Shown: one piece after another, positions 16,826-27,600 of the stretch
Position numbering within the stretch: the stretch's first letter is position 1
Layout of the letters: each line of letters opens with the position of its first letter
Origin: an uncultured bacterium
GTDB taxonomy: Bacteria > Cyanobacteriota > Cyanobacteriia > Cyanobacteriales > JASJDA01
Assembly: GCA_964458305.1 (NCBI GenBank)
Contig: CAYWIH010000004.1
Location: 10,844 to 74,843 of the forward strand
Reading direction: 5' to 3'
DNA length: 64,000 bases
The notes under the pieces: model-generated
The model's database searches: none
The model's input: the letters and a program-made list of their open reading frames with translations, nothing else
Told to the model about the DNA's origin: nothing
Translations under genes and position numbers: made by a program

Positions 16826-18676
16826 ATGAAAATTTTGTTAGTAGACGATGACAAACTTTTAGCAAAGGCTCTGACCGAAAATTTAACTCAACATAATTTT
16901 GTTGTCGATACGGTTAATGATGGCGAAACGGGTTTGTATTATGCTTCTAATTTTATTTACGATTTAATTTTATTAGACATATTGATACCGGATCTAGACG
17001 GAATTAGCCTTTGCAAGAAATTGCGCGATCGCGGTTGTATGACCCCAATTATTTTATTAACTGCTCGCTACAACAGCAGCATCGATAAAATTAAAGGACT
17101 CAATGCTGGTGCGGACGATTACATCCTCAAACCAGTTGATTTTCAAGAATTGATCGCCAGAATGAGAGCTATTTTGCGTCGAGAAACTCAAAATTTATCT
17201 TCTCTATTAGAATGGGGGAGCTTATCTTTAGATCCGGCCAGTCGCAAAGTCAAATATCAAGAGTGCGATCTCAATCTTACCCCCAAACAATACGCTTTAT
17301 TAGAATTATTGTTACGAAACCAAGGCAGAGTATTCAGTCCTGCGGCTATAATTGACAGTTTGTGGTCTTCTGAAGAAATTCCAGGAGAAGATACCGTCAG
17401 GACTCATATTAAAGAATTACGCCAAAAATTACAAACAGCAGGAGTTCCCAAAAATGCGATCGAAACAATTTACGGACAAGGCTATTGTCTCAAACCCCTA
17501 GCAGTTAAAGATTCCGATTCGATCGAATTGAGAGAAAAAAAAGATTGGCAACAAGCAGCAGCACTAAGCAAAATCTGGCAAGAATACAAACAAGCATTTA
17601 TCGATCGCCTAGAAGTTTTTGAAGAAGTAAAACACCATCTCGAGCTGCAAGGAACTTTAAATCCTAATTTACAACAAAAAGCCGAATCGATCGCTCATAA
17701 GTTAGCTGGAACTTTAGGCAGTTTTGGCAAACAGCGCGGATCTCAATTGGCGATCGAATTAGAACGTCTTTTGCAAGTTGAAAGATCTTTCGGACAAAAA
17801 AAAGAAAAAGAGTTTTTAAATCTTTTATCCGCACTCAGAGCGGAAATAGAAAACCCCAATCTCTGTTTAGAAAAGAGTCAAACTTCAATCTCGACCGAAT
17901 CAAAACAGATAGGCGATCGAGACTCTGAAACGATTAGACTGTTAATTATAAATTCTAATTGCGAATTTATTCGCTCCCTTTCTCATTTAGCCCGCAAGCG
18001 AGGCATAAAAGTTGCTACTGCTGCTACAGCTCGAGCCGCTTTAGAAATATTAGCTCGAGACAAAATAAATATAGCTATCTTGCAACTTAATTTTAAAGAC
18101 AATCCTCACCTTCAAGAAGATTTAAAACTGATCGAATCTTTGCGAGAATTTACAGCAGAAGTCCCCTTATTAATTGTGGCCGATCGAGGTAATTTTCGCG
18201 ATCGCATTGAAGTGATGCAACGAGGAGGAAATATTTTGTTAGTACAACCAATTACCCCTAGTTTTGCGATTGAAACCATCGAAGCCAAACTAGATCGCAA
18301 TTTTAGGGCCGCTAAAATAATGTTTGTTGACGACGATCGAGAATTGCTCGATTGTTTGTCCAATTTACTTTCACCTTGGAATTTCGAAGTTACTACCCTC
18401 AACGATCCGACTAAATTTTGGCAAGTCTTGGTCGAAGTCAATCCCGATTTGCTGATTTTAGATCTTGAAATGCCCCAAGTCAACGGAATTTTACTTTGTC
18501 GTATGGTACGCAGCGATCCTCGTTGGACTCGTTTACCAATTTTATTTTTAACTGTCAATCAAAATCCTCACATTCAAGATCTGATTTTTACTAGCGGTGC
18601 TGACGATCTGATCTTTAAACCAGTTTTAGCCGAACGATTGGCCAACCGAATCGTCAATCGCTTAAATCGAGTTTAA
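16826..18676 (+). CDS. five-domain signalling protein: REC - OmpR-type winged helix - HPt - degenerate REC - REC
   Basis: 616 aa. REC1 carries DD at 8-9, D51 and K102. The wHTH spans ~125-225 (LTPKQYALLELLLRNQGRVF...TVRTHIKELRQKL). The HPt motif is AHKLAGTLGSFG, with H291 encoded at 17696-17698. The middle receiver-like domain (~369-488) has Q420 where the Asp should be (IAILQLNF). The C-terminal REC has DDD and D546 (LLILDLEMP). Confidence 0.9.
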   Translation: MKILLVDDDKLLAKALTENLTQHNFVVDTVNDGETGLYYASNFIYDLILLDILIPDLDGISLCKKLRDRGCMTPIILLTARYNSSIDKIKGLNAGADDYILKPVDFQELIARMRAILRRETQNLSSLLEWGSLSLDPASRKVKYQECDLNLTPKQYALLELLLRNQGRVFSPAAIIDSLWSSEEIPGEDTVRTHIKELRQKLQTAGVPKNAIETIYGQGYCLKPLAVKDSDSIELREKKDWQQAAALSKIWQEYKQAFIDRLEVFEEVKHHLELQGTLNPNLQQKAESIAHKLAGTLGSFGKQRGSQLAIELERLLQVERSFGQKKEKEFLNLLSALRAEIENPNLCLEKSQTSISTESKQIGDRDSETIRLLIINSNCEFIRSLSHLARKRGIKVATAATARAALEILARDKINIAILQLNFKDNPHLQEDLKLIESLREFTAEVPLLIVADRGNFRDRIEVMQRGGNILLVQPITPSFAIETIEAKLDRNFRAAKIMFVDDDRELLDCLSNLLSPWNFEVTTLNDPTKFWQVLVEVNPDLLILDLEMPQVNGILLCRMVRSDPRWTRLPILFLTVNQNPHIQDLIFTSGADDLIFKPVLAERLANRIVNRLNRV

Positions 18677-18733
18677 AATTAGGTTCGATCGCATCTCTAC
18701 TGTGTTAACCTCTAAATTAAGAGCTGGAAGTAA

Positions 18734-21475
18734 ATGGTGTCAAAAAACCCTGCTACAGACTTACATCAACAAGTTCGAGCAGTTTTACTAGGCTTGAATC
18801 GCGTTAAATCCTTGTTGAGCATCTCGCCAGATTCAGAAGCTAAATTAATTAATATCGATCGCTCGATCGCTGCAATCGATCGATTAGCTCGAGAATTATC
18901 TTTTCTCGATCGTGAGAGTCTTTCAAATAATCAATATAGTTCTTCCCTTGTCCAAGAAGCTATCGATCTGACTCGAGCGGAATTTTATCAAGACTGGCAA
19001 AATTTTAGTTTCAACCTCAAGAATTTACATCGACTTCACACTACTAGTTATAAGAATTTTCAAGAGTTATTTAAAGATTACTTACAAACTGGCTGTCAAA
19101 TTTTTAAATTAGAAACTGGGATTATTAGTAAAGTAATCGATAGTAATTATATTATTGATTCGGTTCGCTCGGATATAGAATTTTTAAAGCCACAATTAGA
19201 ATTTCCTTTAGCAGATACTTATTGTCGGGAAGTAGTGAAAACTGCTCGAACTATTACCTATACTAATGTAGGTAAAATACCAACCATGAAAGGCCATCCA
19301 GTCTATCAGAATCTTAAATTAGAATCTTACATCGGTACGCCAATATTAATTAACGGAAATGTTTACGGAACTCTTAATTTCTCCTCAACTAAAATCAGAG
19401 AACGAGATTTCAGTATCCAAGAAAAAGAAATTATAGAATTGATGGCAGAAAGTATTAGTAAATATATTGTTATCTCTCAAAAAGAAACCTCTCTACAAGA
19501 AAATGAAGCCCTTTTTAGGCTCACAGCTAATAGCGCGCCAATTATGATTTGGATCGCCGATCGCGATGCAAAACGAACTTTTTTTAATAATGCTTGGCTC
19601 AATTTTACCGGCAGATTGTTAGAACAAGAAAGGGGAGAAGGTTGGAGGGAGCAAGTACATTTAGAAGACCTCGATTCTTGTTTGAATACTTATTTAACAG
19701 CTTTTCAAAACTGCCAAAATTTTGAACTAGAATATCGTTTAAAAAAGAAAGATAATAAATATCGCTGGATTTTAGAGAAAGGAATGCCGAGATTTACTCG
19801 CGAAGGAGAATTTTTGGGCTATATCGGTACTTGTATCGATATCAACGATCGCAGCAAAACTTTAGAATCGATCCAAAAACAACATCGCCGCTCGCAATTA
19901 TTTCATAAAGTTGCGACTAAGATTCGTAAATGTCTCAAATTAAGAGATATTTTAATCACTGGGGTTAACGAAACTAAACAATTATTGGCAGCAGATCGAG
20001 CTTTAATCATTCGTTTGTCTGGAGAGTCTGCAACTATAGTCGAAGAGACAGAATGTATTGGTTGCAAACAACTTAAAGGTCAAGCAATAATCAATCCTTT
20101 AATAGATGAAGATTATTTAGAAAAATATCGACAAGGAGAAATCATTGCTATTTCCGACCTCGATCGCGAAATTGAGTTGTTAAATTTGCCGCAAAAAACC
20201 GATCGTTTTGGCGTAAAAGCTACTTTAATCTTGCCAATTTTTACAAAAGAAAACCTTTGGGGTCTCTTAGCAATCCATCAGTGTTATAGTACCAGACAAT
20301 GGGAAGAATTTGAAATTAAATTAGCTCGAGATCTGGCCGATCGCATCGGGATCGCGATATCTTTTGCCGAACTCTTAGAAAATCTCGAGTATTTAGTTTC
20401 CCAACGTACCGAAAAACTCAGCCAAGCCAACCAACAATTAAGAATTATTACCGATAATATTCCCGCTTTAATCTCTTACGTAGATTCAAATTTGCGCTAT
20501 CGCTTTAATAATAAAACTTATCAAGATTGGTTTAATCGACCTCTATCGGAAATCACCGGCAAAAAAATTCAAGAAATTCTCCCCGAAAAATATTATCAAA
20601 CAATTCAAAAATCGATCGAGCGAGTGCTGAATGGTGAAAAACTCAGCCAAGACAATAAACTGATCGATAATAATGGCAATCTTCGCTGGGTAAATACCAA
20701 CTATATTCCCGATTTCGATCGTCATAATCGAGTTAAAGGCTTTTTTGCTCTAATTATCGATATTACCGATCGTAAAGCCGTCGAAACAATGAAAGATGAT
20801 TTTCTGGCGATTGTCAGTCACGAATTGCGAACCCCAATAGCATCAATCCACGGCTCTGTCAAGCTGCTAGCTACGGGAAAATTGGGACAACTTTCAGCAG
20901 AAGGTTTACAAATGCTGGCCATAGCCGATAATAATGCCGATCGCCTCGTGCGTTTAGTTGAAGATATTCTCGACTTGCAGCACATGGAATCTGGTAAAGT
21001 AAAGTTACAAAAAAGATCTTGTACGAGTACTAATTTAATCCATCAAGCGATAGATTTAATGACACCGATTGCAGGTGAAAATAAAGTCATCCTCGTCAGT
21101 AATTCTGTCAATATTTCTTTTTGGGCAGATTCTGATTATATTATCCAGGTTTTAACCAATTTGATCGATAATGCGATTAAATTTTCCCCCGTTGGTGCTA
21201 CGGTGACGATCGGCACTAAATTAGATGAGCAAAAACAGTTCGTTATCTTGTCAGTCAAAGACAGCGGTAAAGGAATTCCTCAAAATAAATTAAAAGCTAT
21301 TTTCGGGAGATTTCAACAAGTAGATGCCAGCGATGCTCGAGAAAAAGGAGGAACTGGATTGGGTTTGGCTATTTGTCGCACAATTGTCGAATTACACGGG
21401 GGTAAAATTTGGGTTGATAGTTGCTTGGGTCGAGGAAGTACTTTTATGTTTAGTTTACCTTTATCCGAAAAATGA
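18734..21475 (+). CDS. GAF/PAS multi-sensor histidine kinase
   Basis: 913 aa. GAF-like and PAS-like segments alternate. H-box FLAIVSHELRTPIASI. N box NLIDNAIKFSP. G box GGTGLGLAICRTIVELHGG. The stop overlaps the next gene's start (ATGA). Confidence 0.9.
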   Translation: MVSKNPATDLHQQVRAVLLGLNRVKSLLSISPDSEAKLINIDRSIAAIDRLARELSFLDRESLSNNQYSSSLVQEAIDLTRAEFYQDWQNFSFNLKNLHRLHTTSYKNFQELFKDYLQTGCQIFKLETGIISKVIDSNYIIDSVRSDIEFLKPQLEFPLADTYCREVVKTARTITYTNVGKIPTMKGHPVYQNLKLESYIGTPILINGNVYGTLNFSSTKIRERDFSIQEKEIIELMAESISKYIVISQKETSLQENEALFRLTANSAPIMIWIADRDAKRTFFNNAWLNFTGRLLEQERGEGWREQVHLEDLDSCLNTYLTAFQNCQNFELEYRLKKKDNKYRWILEKGMPRFTREGEFLGYIGTCIDINDRSKTLESIQKQHRRSQLFHKVATKIRKCLKLRDILITGVNETKQLLAADRALIIRLSGESATIVEETECIGCKQLKGQAIINPLIDEDYLEKYRQGEIIAISDLDREIELLNLPQKTDRFGVKATLILPIFTKENLWGLLAIHQCYSTRQWEEFEIKLARDLADRIGIAISFAELLENLEYLVSQRTEKLSQANQQLRIITDNIPALISYVDSNLRYRFNNKTYQDWFNRPLSEITGKKIQEILPEKYYQTIQKSIERVLNGEKLSQDNKLIDNNGNLRWVNTNYIPDFDRHNRVKGFFALIIDITDRKAVETMKDDFLAIVSHELRTPIASIHGSVKLLATGKLGQLSAEGLQMLAIADNNADRLVRLVEDILDLQHMESGKVKLQKRSCTSTNLIHQAIDLMTPIAGENKVILVSNSVNISFWADSDYIIQVLTNLIDNAIKFSPVGATVTIGTKLDEQKQFVILSVKDSGKGIPQNKLKAIFGRFQQVDASDAREKGGTGLGLAICRTIVELHGGKIWVDSCLGRGSTFMFSLPLSEK

Positions 21476-21855
21476 ATTTTTCTGAAAAAAAAATTTTACT
21501 TGTCGACGATGAGTCGGCAATTCATGCTATAGTCGAACTCAGTTTACAAATGCAAGCTGGTTGGCAAACTATTTCTGCGGCAAAAGGTGTTGAAGGTTTA
21601 AAATTAGCTCGCTCGCAACGACCGGATGCTATTTTACTAGACTTAATGATGCCGGAAGTTAGCGGTGTTACCATCCTCAAACAACTCAAGGCAGATCCGA
21701 TCACTAAATCGATTCCTGTAATTCTTCTCTCGGCAAAAAAAGTTGAAACTTCAACAGAAGATTTTTTAAGGGATCTTGCCGTTGCAGGAGCGATCGCCAA
21801 ACCTTTTAATCCTCTGACTCTTTCAAGCAAAATATCAGCTTTTTTGGGTTGGTGA
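21472..21855 (+). CDS. single-domain CheY-like response regulator
   Basis: 127 aa with canonical receiver residues: LLVDDE, AILLDLMMP, LLSAK and AKPF. Confidence 0.9.
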   Translation: MNFSEKKILLVDDESAIHAIVELSLQMQAGWQTISAAKGVEGLKLARSQRPDAILLDLMMPEVSGVTILKQLKADPITKSIPVILLSAKKVETSTEDFLRDLAVAGAIAKPFNPLTLSSKISAFLGW

Positions 21856-21971
21856 GTTTAAAACTTATCTGCATCGAATTTTCATACTCTCTCAAAACTA
21901 TTTCAATATATATTAAGTAGAGGGCTAACGTTAAATTATGTAAACTTTAGCGAGCAGGTAAGTAAGTTTCA

Positions 21972-22367
21972 ATGTATGGTAAGAAACGTATTTTAATTAT
22001 CGAACGGGCACAAGATAGTCAAAAAGTTCTCAAACTCAGCTTAGAAATGGTAGGTGGTTGGGAAGTAATCGGGGCCGACTCAGAGCGAGAAGCAAGGGAT
22101 TTATTAAAGACAGATCGATTCGATGCAATTATTTTAAATCTAGTTAATGGCGATCGCCCCACGATCTTAAAAACAGCCAGCGGCGACAAAATCGGCCGAA
22201 GCATTCCCATAATTGCGATCGTACCGAACGCCAGATCTCAACAAAGCTGCGATTTAAAAAAGCTAGGGGTGGTTTTAGTAGTTCGACAGATGTTAAACCC
22301 GATAATACTAGTCGATCGGATCGCGAAAAAATTAAATTGGGGTATTGTTAAAGCTTCTAAAGATTAA
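21972..22367 (+). CDS. degenerate (pseudo-)receiver domain protein, paralog of the preceding CheY-like gene
   Basis: 131 aa, alignable with the 21472-21855 product (LSLEMVGGWEVIGA / LSLQMQAGWQTISA; DAIILNL / DAILLDL). The acidic pocket is lost (IIER for VDDE), as are the phospho-Asp (N for D) and the conserved Lys. Confidence 0.7.
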   Translation: MYGKKRILIIERAQDSQKVLKLSLEMVGGWEVIGADSEREARDLLKTDRFDAIILNLVNGDRPTILKTASGDKIGRSIPIIAIVPNARSQQSCDLKKLGVVLVVRQMLNPIILVDRIAKKLNWGIVKASKD

Positions 22368-22481
22368 ATTCACAATTCTTGACTAAATCTCGGCATTTCC
22401 TCATAAGATCCTCACATTTAACTTTTAAACTTAACAATAGATAGAAAAAAATTTTAGAAAAAAGGGGGTGCAAGAAAGTAT

Positions 22482-22697
22482 ATGAACAAGTGTCCTTGTT
22501 GTGGTTACTCCTTATTACGACATACTAACGGCAGAAGCATTTACTGGTTTTGCCTTCATTGCTGGCAAGAAATGCCTAATCTAGAAGAACTAAGATTATC
22601 TATCTACCGTAAAAGCCTCGATCGCTCGATCGAAATTTCTGCTTGGGTATCGGAAGAAGAACCATCTTTGCCACCAAAAACAACAATAGAAGTATAG
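22482..22697 (+). CDS. small zinc-ribbon-like protein
   Basis: 71 aa. CPCC...(20)...CLHC arrangement (MNKCPCCGYSLLRHTNGRSIYWFCLHCWQEMP). Purine-rich RBS AAGGGGGTG upstream. Confidence 0.55.
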   Translation: MNKCPCCGYSLLRHTNGRSIYWFCLHCWQEMPNLEELRLSIYRKSLDRSIEISAWVSEEEPSLPPKTTIEV

Positions 22698-22846
22698 CAA
22701 AGTCGGGTAACGATTGCTACAGTTAAAGGATAAAAGTGATTTAACTCTGGCGATTCGATCTTCAGTTACTTCCTTTGTTCGAGCAAAAATCAAAAATACC
22801 AAAAACCCCACTTGATATCTATATTGCCTGGTTTTAGATAAGAAAA

Positions 22847-23179
22847 ATGCAAGAAAAAATGTTGGTCAATTTAACTCTACTAGCGGTCGAAGAAGAATTA
22901 AAAAGATACAATTTGACAGAATCCGATCGACAAGAAAGATCGATTTTAAAAAATCAAAACTCGAGCCGAGAGTTATTAAATTATATTCTCAACCGCACTC
23001 CGAATATTTACGCAGTAGTTACCGAGGAAACGGTCAAAGAAAAATACAGACAGATAAGTAAATCTTCGCAACAAAAAAGACAAATTACTAAATTGATCCG
23101 GGGAGGAATCAAAAAGCTGATCGATCGTAATAACGATTGCTCCCCTCGAGTCGGTTTACTAATTCCTGGCAGAAGATAA
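22847..23179 (+). CDS. hypothetical protein, possibly ComFB-like
   Basis: 110 aa. LVNLTLLAVEEELKRY...ELLNYILNRTPNIYAV resembles the N-terminal helix and LN-LP-Y segment of ComFB-family proteins. The assignment is weak and made by eye only. Confidence 0.4.
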   Translation: MQEKMLVNLTLLAVEEELKRYNLTESDRQERSILKNQNSSRELLNYILNRTPNIYAVVTEETVKEKYRQISKSSQQKRQITKLIRGGIKKLIDRNNDCSPRVGLLIPGRR

Positions 23180-23227
23180 GCAGACAATTTTTGCAGAAAA
23201 CCGACATAATTAAAAAGAACAGGGTAA

Positions 23228-24655
23228 TTGAGGTTTTATTTGTCTGAGTTAGAACGAGAAGAATTAGACAGTGCTATTTTTTGTTTTGACGAAATTCAAG
23301 AACAATTAAACTACGACAAAGCACGAGAGTCTTTGCGATATTTGGTAAAAAAAGTCGATCTAACCTCAGCAGAAATAACGGGGTTAGAACCTCAAATCGA
23401 TCGCCTTACCGCCATGTTAGATAAATTAGAAGGATCTTTAATTCAGATCGCTGCTTTTGGCATGGTAGGTAGAGGCAAGTCATCGATTCTCAATGCTTTA
23501 ATCGGTCAAGAAATATTTAAATCCGGTGCGACACACGGAGTAACTCGCACTATAGCACGATCTGAATGGGAAATTAGTAGCGAAGAGATCGGCCAGAGCC
23601 AACAAGTTACGATTAACAGTAAATTAAATTGTCAAGTTCAACTGATCGACACTCCTGGTATCGATGAAGTAGACGGAGAAACTCGCGAGGCGATCGCCCG
23701 TCAAGTAGCTCGCTCGGTCGATTTAATTTTATTTATTATTGCTGGAGACTTGACAAAAGTTGAATACGATGCATTATCTCAATTGCGAGAATTTGGTAAG
23801 CCGATCGTGCTGGTGTTTAACAAAATCGACCTCTATCCCGAAGCCGATCGTCTGGCAATATATCAGAAAATTAGAGACGAGAGGGTAAAACAATTAATTT
23901 CTCCCGAAGAAATCGTCATGATAGCCGCATCGCCCTTAGAAACTGTAGCGACAAGGCAAGTAAATGGTAGTTTAAAGGTAAGGCGACAGCGAGGAAAACC
24001 CCAGATCGAAGTCTTGAAATTGAAAATTTTTGAGATTTTACACCGCGAGGGAAAATCTTTAATCGCTTTGAATACGATGTTGTACGCTACTGAAATCAAT
24101 CAACAATTGGTCGAGCGGAAGATGGAAATACGCGATCGCGCGGCTGAAGAATTGATTAAGAAAGCGGTGACTCTTAAAGCTTTAGCCATTGCCCTCAATC
24201 CAGTTACGGTAATTGATTTTTTTAGTGGTGGGGCGATCGATATTGCCTTGATTTTGAGTTTATCTCGGCTTTACGGCATTTCTATGACTCAAACCGCAGC
24301 GATCGAATTGCTACAAAAAATTGCTATTAGTATGGGTGGTATTAGTGCTAGCGAAATATTAGCCTATTTTGGTTTGAGTTCCCTAAAGAGTATGTTAGGA
24401 ATTTCGGCCCCGATTACGGGAGGAATATCTTTAGTACCTTATGTTTCGGTTGCGATCGCTCAAGGTTCGGTTGCTGGGCTTTTTTCTTATGCAATGGGAG
24501 AAGTAACTAAAACCTATTTAGCTAACGGTGCATCTTGGGGGGAAGAAGGGCCGAAAACGACGATTAAAAATATTTTAGATTCTTTAGATGAAACTTCGAT
24601 TTTAAGTCGTCTTAAATCGGAATTACGAGCCAAACTGACGCAAAAATATTTTTAG
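23228..24655 (+). CDS. GTP-binding protein with a C-terminal DUF697-type membrane domain (YcjF-like)
   Basis: 475 aa with a TTG start. G1 GMVGRGKSSILNALIG, G3 DTPGIDEV, G4 NKIDL. The C-terminal third is hydrophobic and Gly/Ala-rich. Confidence 0.8.
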   Translation: MRFYLSELEREELDSAIFCFDEIQEQLNYDKARESLRYLVKKVDLTSAEITGLEPQIDRLTAMLDKLEGSLIQIAAFGMVGRGKSSILNALIGQEIFKSGATHGVTRTIARSEWEISSEEIGQSQQVTINSKLNCQVQLIDTPGIDEVDGETREAIARQVARSVDLILFIIAGDLTKVEYDALSQLREFGKPIVLVFNKIDLYPEADRLAIYQKIRDERVKQLISPEEIVMIAASPLETVATRQVNGSLKVRRQRGKPQIEVLKLKIFEILHREGKSLIALNTMLYATEINQQLVERKMEIRDRAAEELIKKAVTLKALAIALNPVTVIDFFSGGAIDIALILSLSRLYGISMTQTAAIELLQKIAISMGGISASEILAYFGLSSLKSMLGISAPITGGISLVPYVSVAIAQGSVAGLFSYAMGEVTKTYLANGASWGEEGPKTTIKNILDSLDETSILSRLKSELRAKLTQKYF

Positions 24656-27600
24656 CTTAAAGGAATAGTGACAATAAAAGTAGTCCCTTTACCTGGTTTG
24701 CTGTGGACTTCGATCTGACCGCGATGCAAATCGACACATTTTTTTACTAAAGTTAAACCCAATCCCGAACCTGGAGTATTTTCGATATTTTTGCCGCGAT
24801 GGAAGGCTTCAAATAGTTGCGGAAGTTCGGATTTAGGAATGCCAACTCCGCGATCTTTAACAATTAAAATTAACTTTTTTGTTTGAGATTTTAAAATTAC
24901 GTGAATGGTGCTGCACTGAGGCGAATATTTAATCGCATTTGTGAGTAAATTTGTCAAAATGTAGTTAAATAATTTAGGATTGATGGGAGTTAATTTATTT
25001 TCTCCTTGACTCATAAAAATTATTTGACGGTCTTGTCCGGCATTAATTTGCATTTCTTTGACGAGGGAGATGCAGATTTTTTCAGGATTGAGTAATTCGG
25101 TTTCGATTTGCGATTTTTCTGTTTCTGCCCGATTGATTTTGAGAATATTATCGATAATTTCGGTCATTCTTTTAGCAACTTTTTCGAGTTGATAAAGTTT
25201 TTTGACAATCTTTTCTTGCGGCAAGCGATCGAGATAAGAAATAAGAGATTGAACGATTACCAAAATAGTAGATAAAGGGGTTCTAAATTCATGAGAAGCC
25301 ATCGAAAAGAAGCGTAACTGCATTTCAGCGATTTCTCTTTGTTTTTCTAATTCTAAAAGGGTTTGTTCGGCTCGTTTGCGATCGCTAATATCAACAGCAA
25401 TGGCTAAAATGCGCTCTCTTTTTTGAGGAAAATCATTACTAGTATGCAAGGGAGAGATCGTGATTAAAAAACATACCTCGTCTTTAGATAGAAGACAATC
25501 ATGCTCGAAAGTGATCGAGCTTTCTTTTTGCAAACAAATCTCATAATTTGACTTAAATTTTGCAGCTATTTCTGGATTTGGATAAATTTCTTTTACGCCC
25601 TTGTCGATCCATTGTTGCGGGGGAATGCCGGTAAACTTCTCGACGCTTTGATTGATAGTGAGCATGCGAAAATCCCCCGTTTCAGTTCTCTCGACTACCC
25701 AAATAACCTCACTGGCCGATTCGAAGATACTTTCTAAAAACTGTTTGTTCTCTCGCAAATTATTTTCGGCTCGTTTGCGATCGGTAACATCGCGGATTAT
25801 AGCCGTAAAAATAGTCGAACCTGCTAATTTTAACTGAGAAATAGAAACTTCTGCCGGAAATTCGCTACCATCTTTACGACGAGCAAAAACAGCATCTCTG
25901 CGGCCGATTTTAGTAACTATTTCGCCATTAGGATCTTCTGAAGAAAAATTATTTGGTAGGAGCAAGTCGAGGGGTCGATCGAGGATTTCTGCTGTAGTGT
26001 AACCAAAAATCTTTTCTGCACCTTTATTAAACAGGGTAATGCGCCGATCGCAATCGATCGAAATAATTCCATCTTCAGCATTATCTAAAATACCTGCCAA
26101 ACGAGCTTCACTCTCTTGTAAAGCGGCTTGTGCGATGTGGCGATCGGTAACATCTTCAGCAATACAAAGTAAATACTGAGGTTTCGACTCGAGATCGTAA
26201 AGAGGAACTTTAGTTGCTTGCAAAATTTTTCGGCCGAGATCTTGAGTACCGATCGCTACTGGAGGGATATCTACTTTTTGATTTTTAGCAAAAGCTTCTC
26301 GATCTTGAGAGTCGAAAAATTCTGCTTGTTCTTGAGTAAATAACTGCTGACAAGTTTTATCCATGGCTCGATCGGTACTGATACCAAAAAGTTGCTCGCA
26401 GTTTTGGTTTAATAAAACTAATTTACCGAAGTTTTCCGATCTGGCATCTTTAACGAATAGAGGGACTGGCAAAGAATTAATCAAAGTTTGTAAAAATTCT
26501 TCGGTTTGTTGGATTTTAATTTCTGCTTGTTTGCGTTCGCTAATATCGACGGAAATACCGACGATCGTTGTGGGTTGTCCTTCGCGATCGCTGAGGACTT
26601 TACCTTTCATCATGAACCATCTATCTAAAAATAAAGCACAGCGATGCTCGAAAATAAACTCGCTTTGATTTTCTATTGCTCGATCGATAATTGTTATCGC
26701 AGATTTGCGTTCTTGGCGAGTGAAAACTTTGCTAAATAGTTCTTTGGTTGAAAATTCCCAAGAATCGTTAACCCATTCTGGCTCTAGAGAACCGAAACCG
26801 ATGACTCGATTAGTGAGTAAATTAGCTTCCCAACAAATAATTTTGCCTGCTTCTAAAGCCAAACTTAATTTTGCTTGGCTCTGTTTGCGATCGCTAAGAT
26901 CGGTAATTACGTTGAGAATGCCTTGATATTGTCCGTTTTCATCGCAAATCGGATTGGCCGAAACAATTGCCCATAAATCCGAGCCATCTTGACGACGAAA
27001 TCGAAAATCATATTTTTCTGCGATACCTTGGCGACAATTATTTAATTTTTCGATCGCCTTGGCTTGTTTGGCTCGATCGATAAATTCTCTAAAATGCCGG
27101 CCCGACATTTGGGAAATGGTATAACCGAGCATATCGGCGGTTTGTTGGTTGACAAAGGTGGTGCATCCTGATTTATTGAGAACCCAAACCCCTTCGTTCA
27201 TGGTTTCGACGATCTGACGGTATCTTCGTTCGCTTTCTTCTAGGGCTAGTTGTATTTGCTGGCGATCGGTAATATCTTCGGCAAGGCCCATGAGGTATTT
27301 AGGCTGACCTTGAGGGTCGTATAAAGGTACTTTTATAGCCCGAAATACTCTCCTACCGATTGAGGTATCTATCGATTCTGTGGGAATTTCTACTTTAGTT
27401 TGTTTGGCAAAAACTTCGCGATCTTTTTGTCGCAGAAAATCTGCTTGCTCTCGAGGGAAAAAATCGTAATCGGTTTTGCCGATGACTTCTGCTTCTTGAG
27501 CGCCAAAAAATTGTTCGCAACTGCGGTTAATGGTGATATATCGACCTCCAGTATCTTTGACGAATAAAGATAGGGGTAAGTGATCGATTAGGGTTTGTAA

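Noticed and set aside
18112-18558. 148-aa minus-strand ORF inside the five-domain regulator gene. Similar antisense ORFs lie at 21522-21830, 22019-22210, 20543-20725 and 23863-24099.
   Set aside because: They are all antisense to strongly supported signalling genes, and their products have no motifs.
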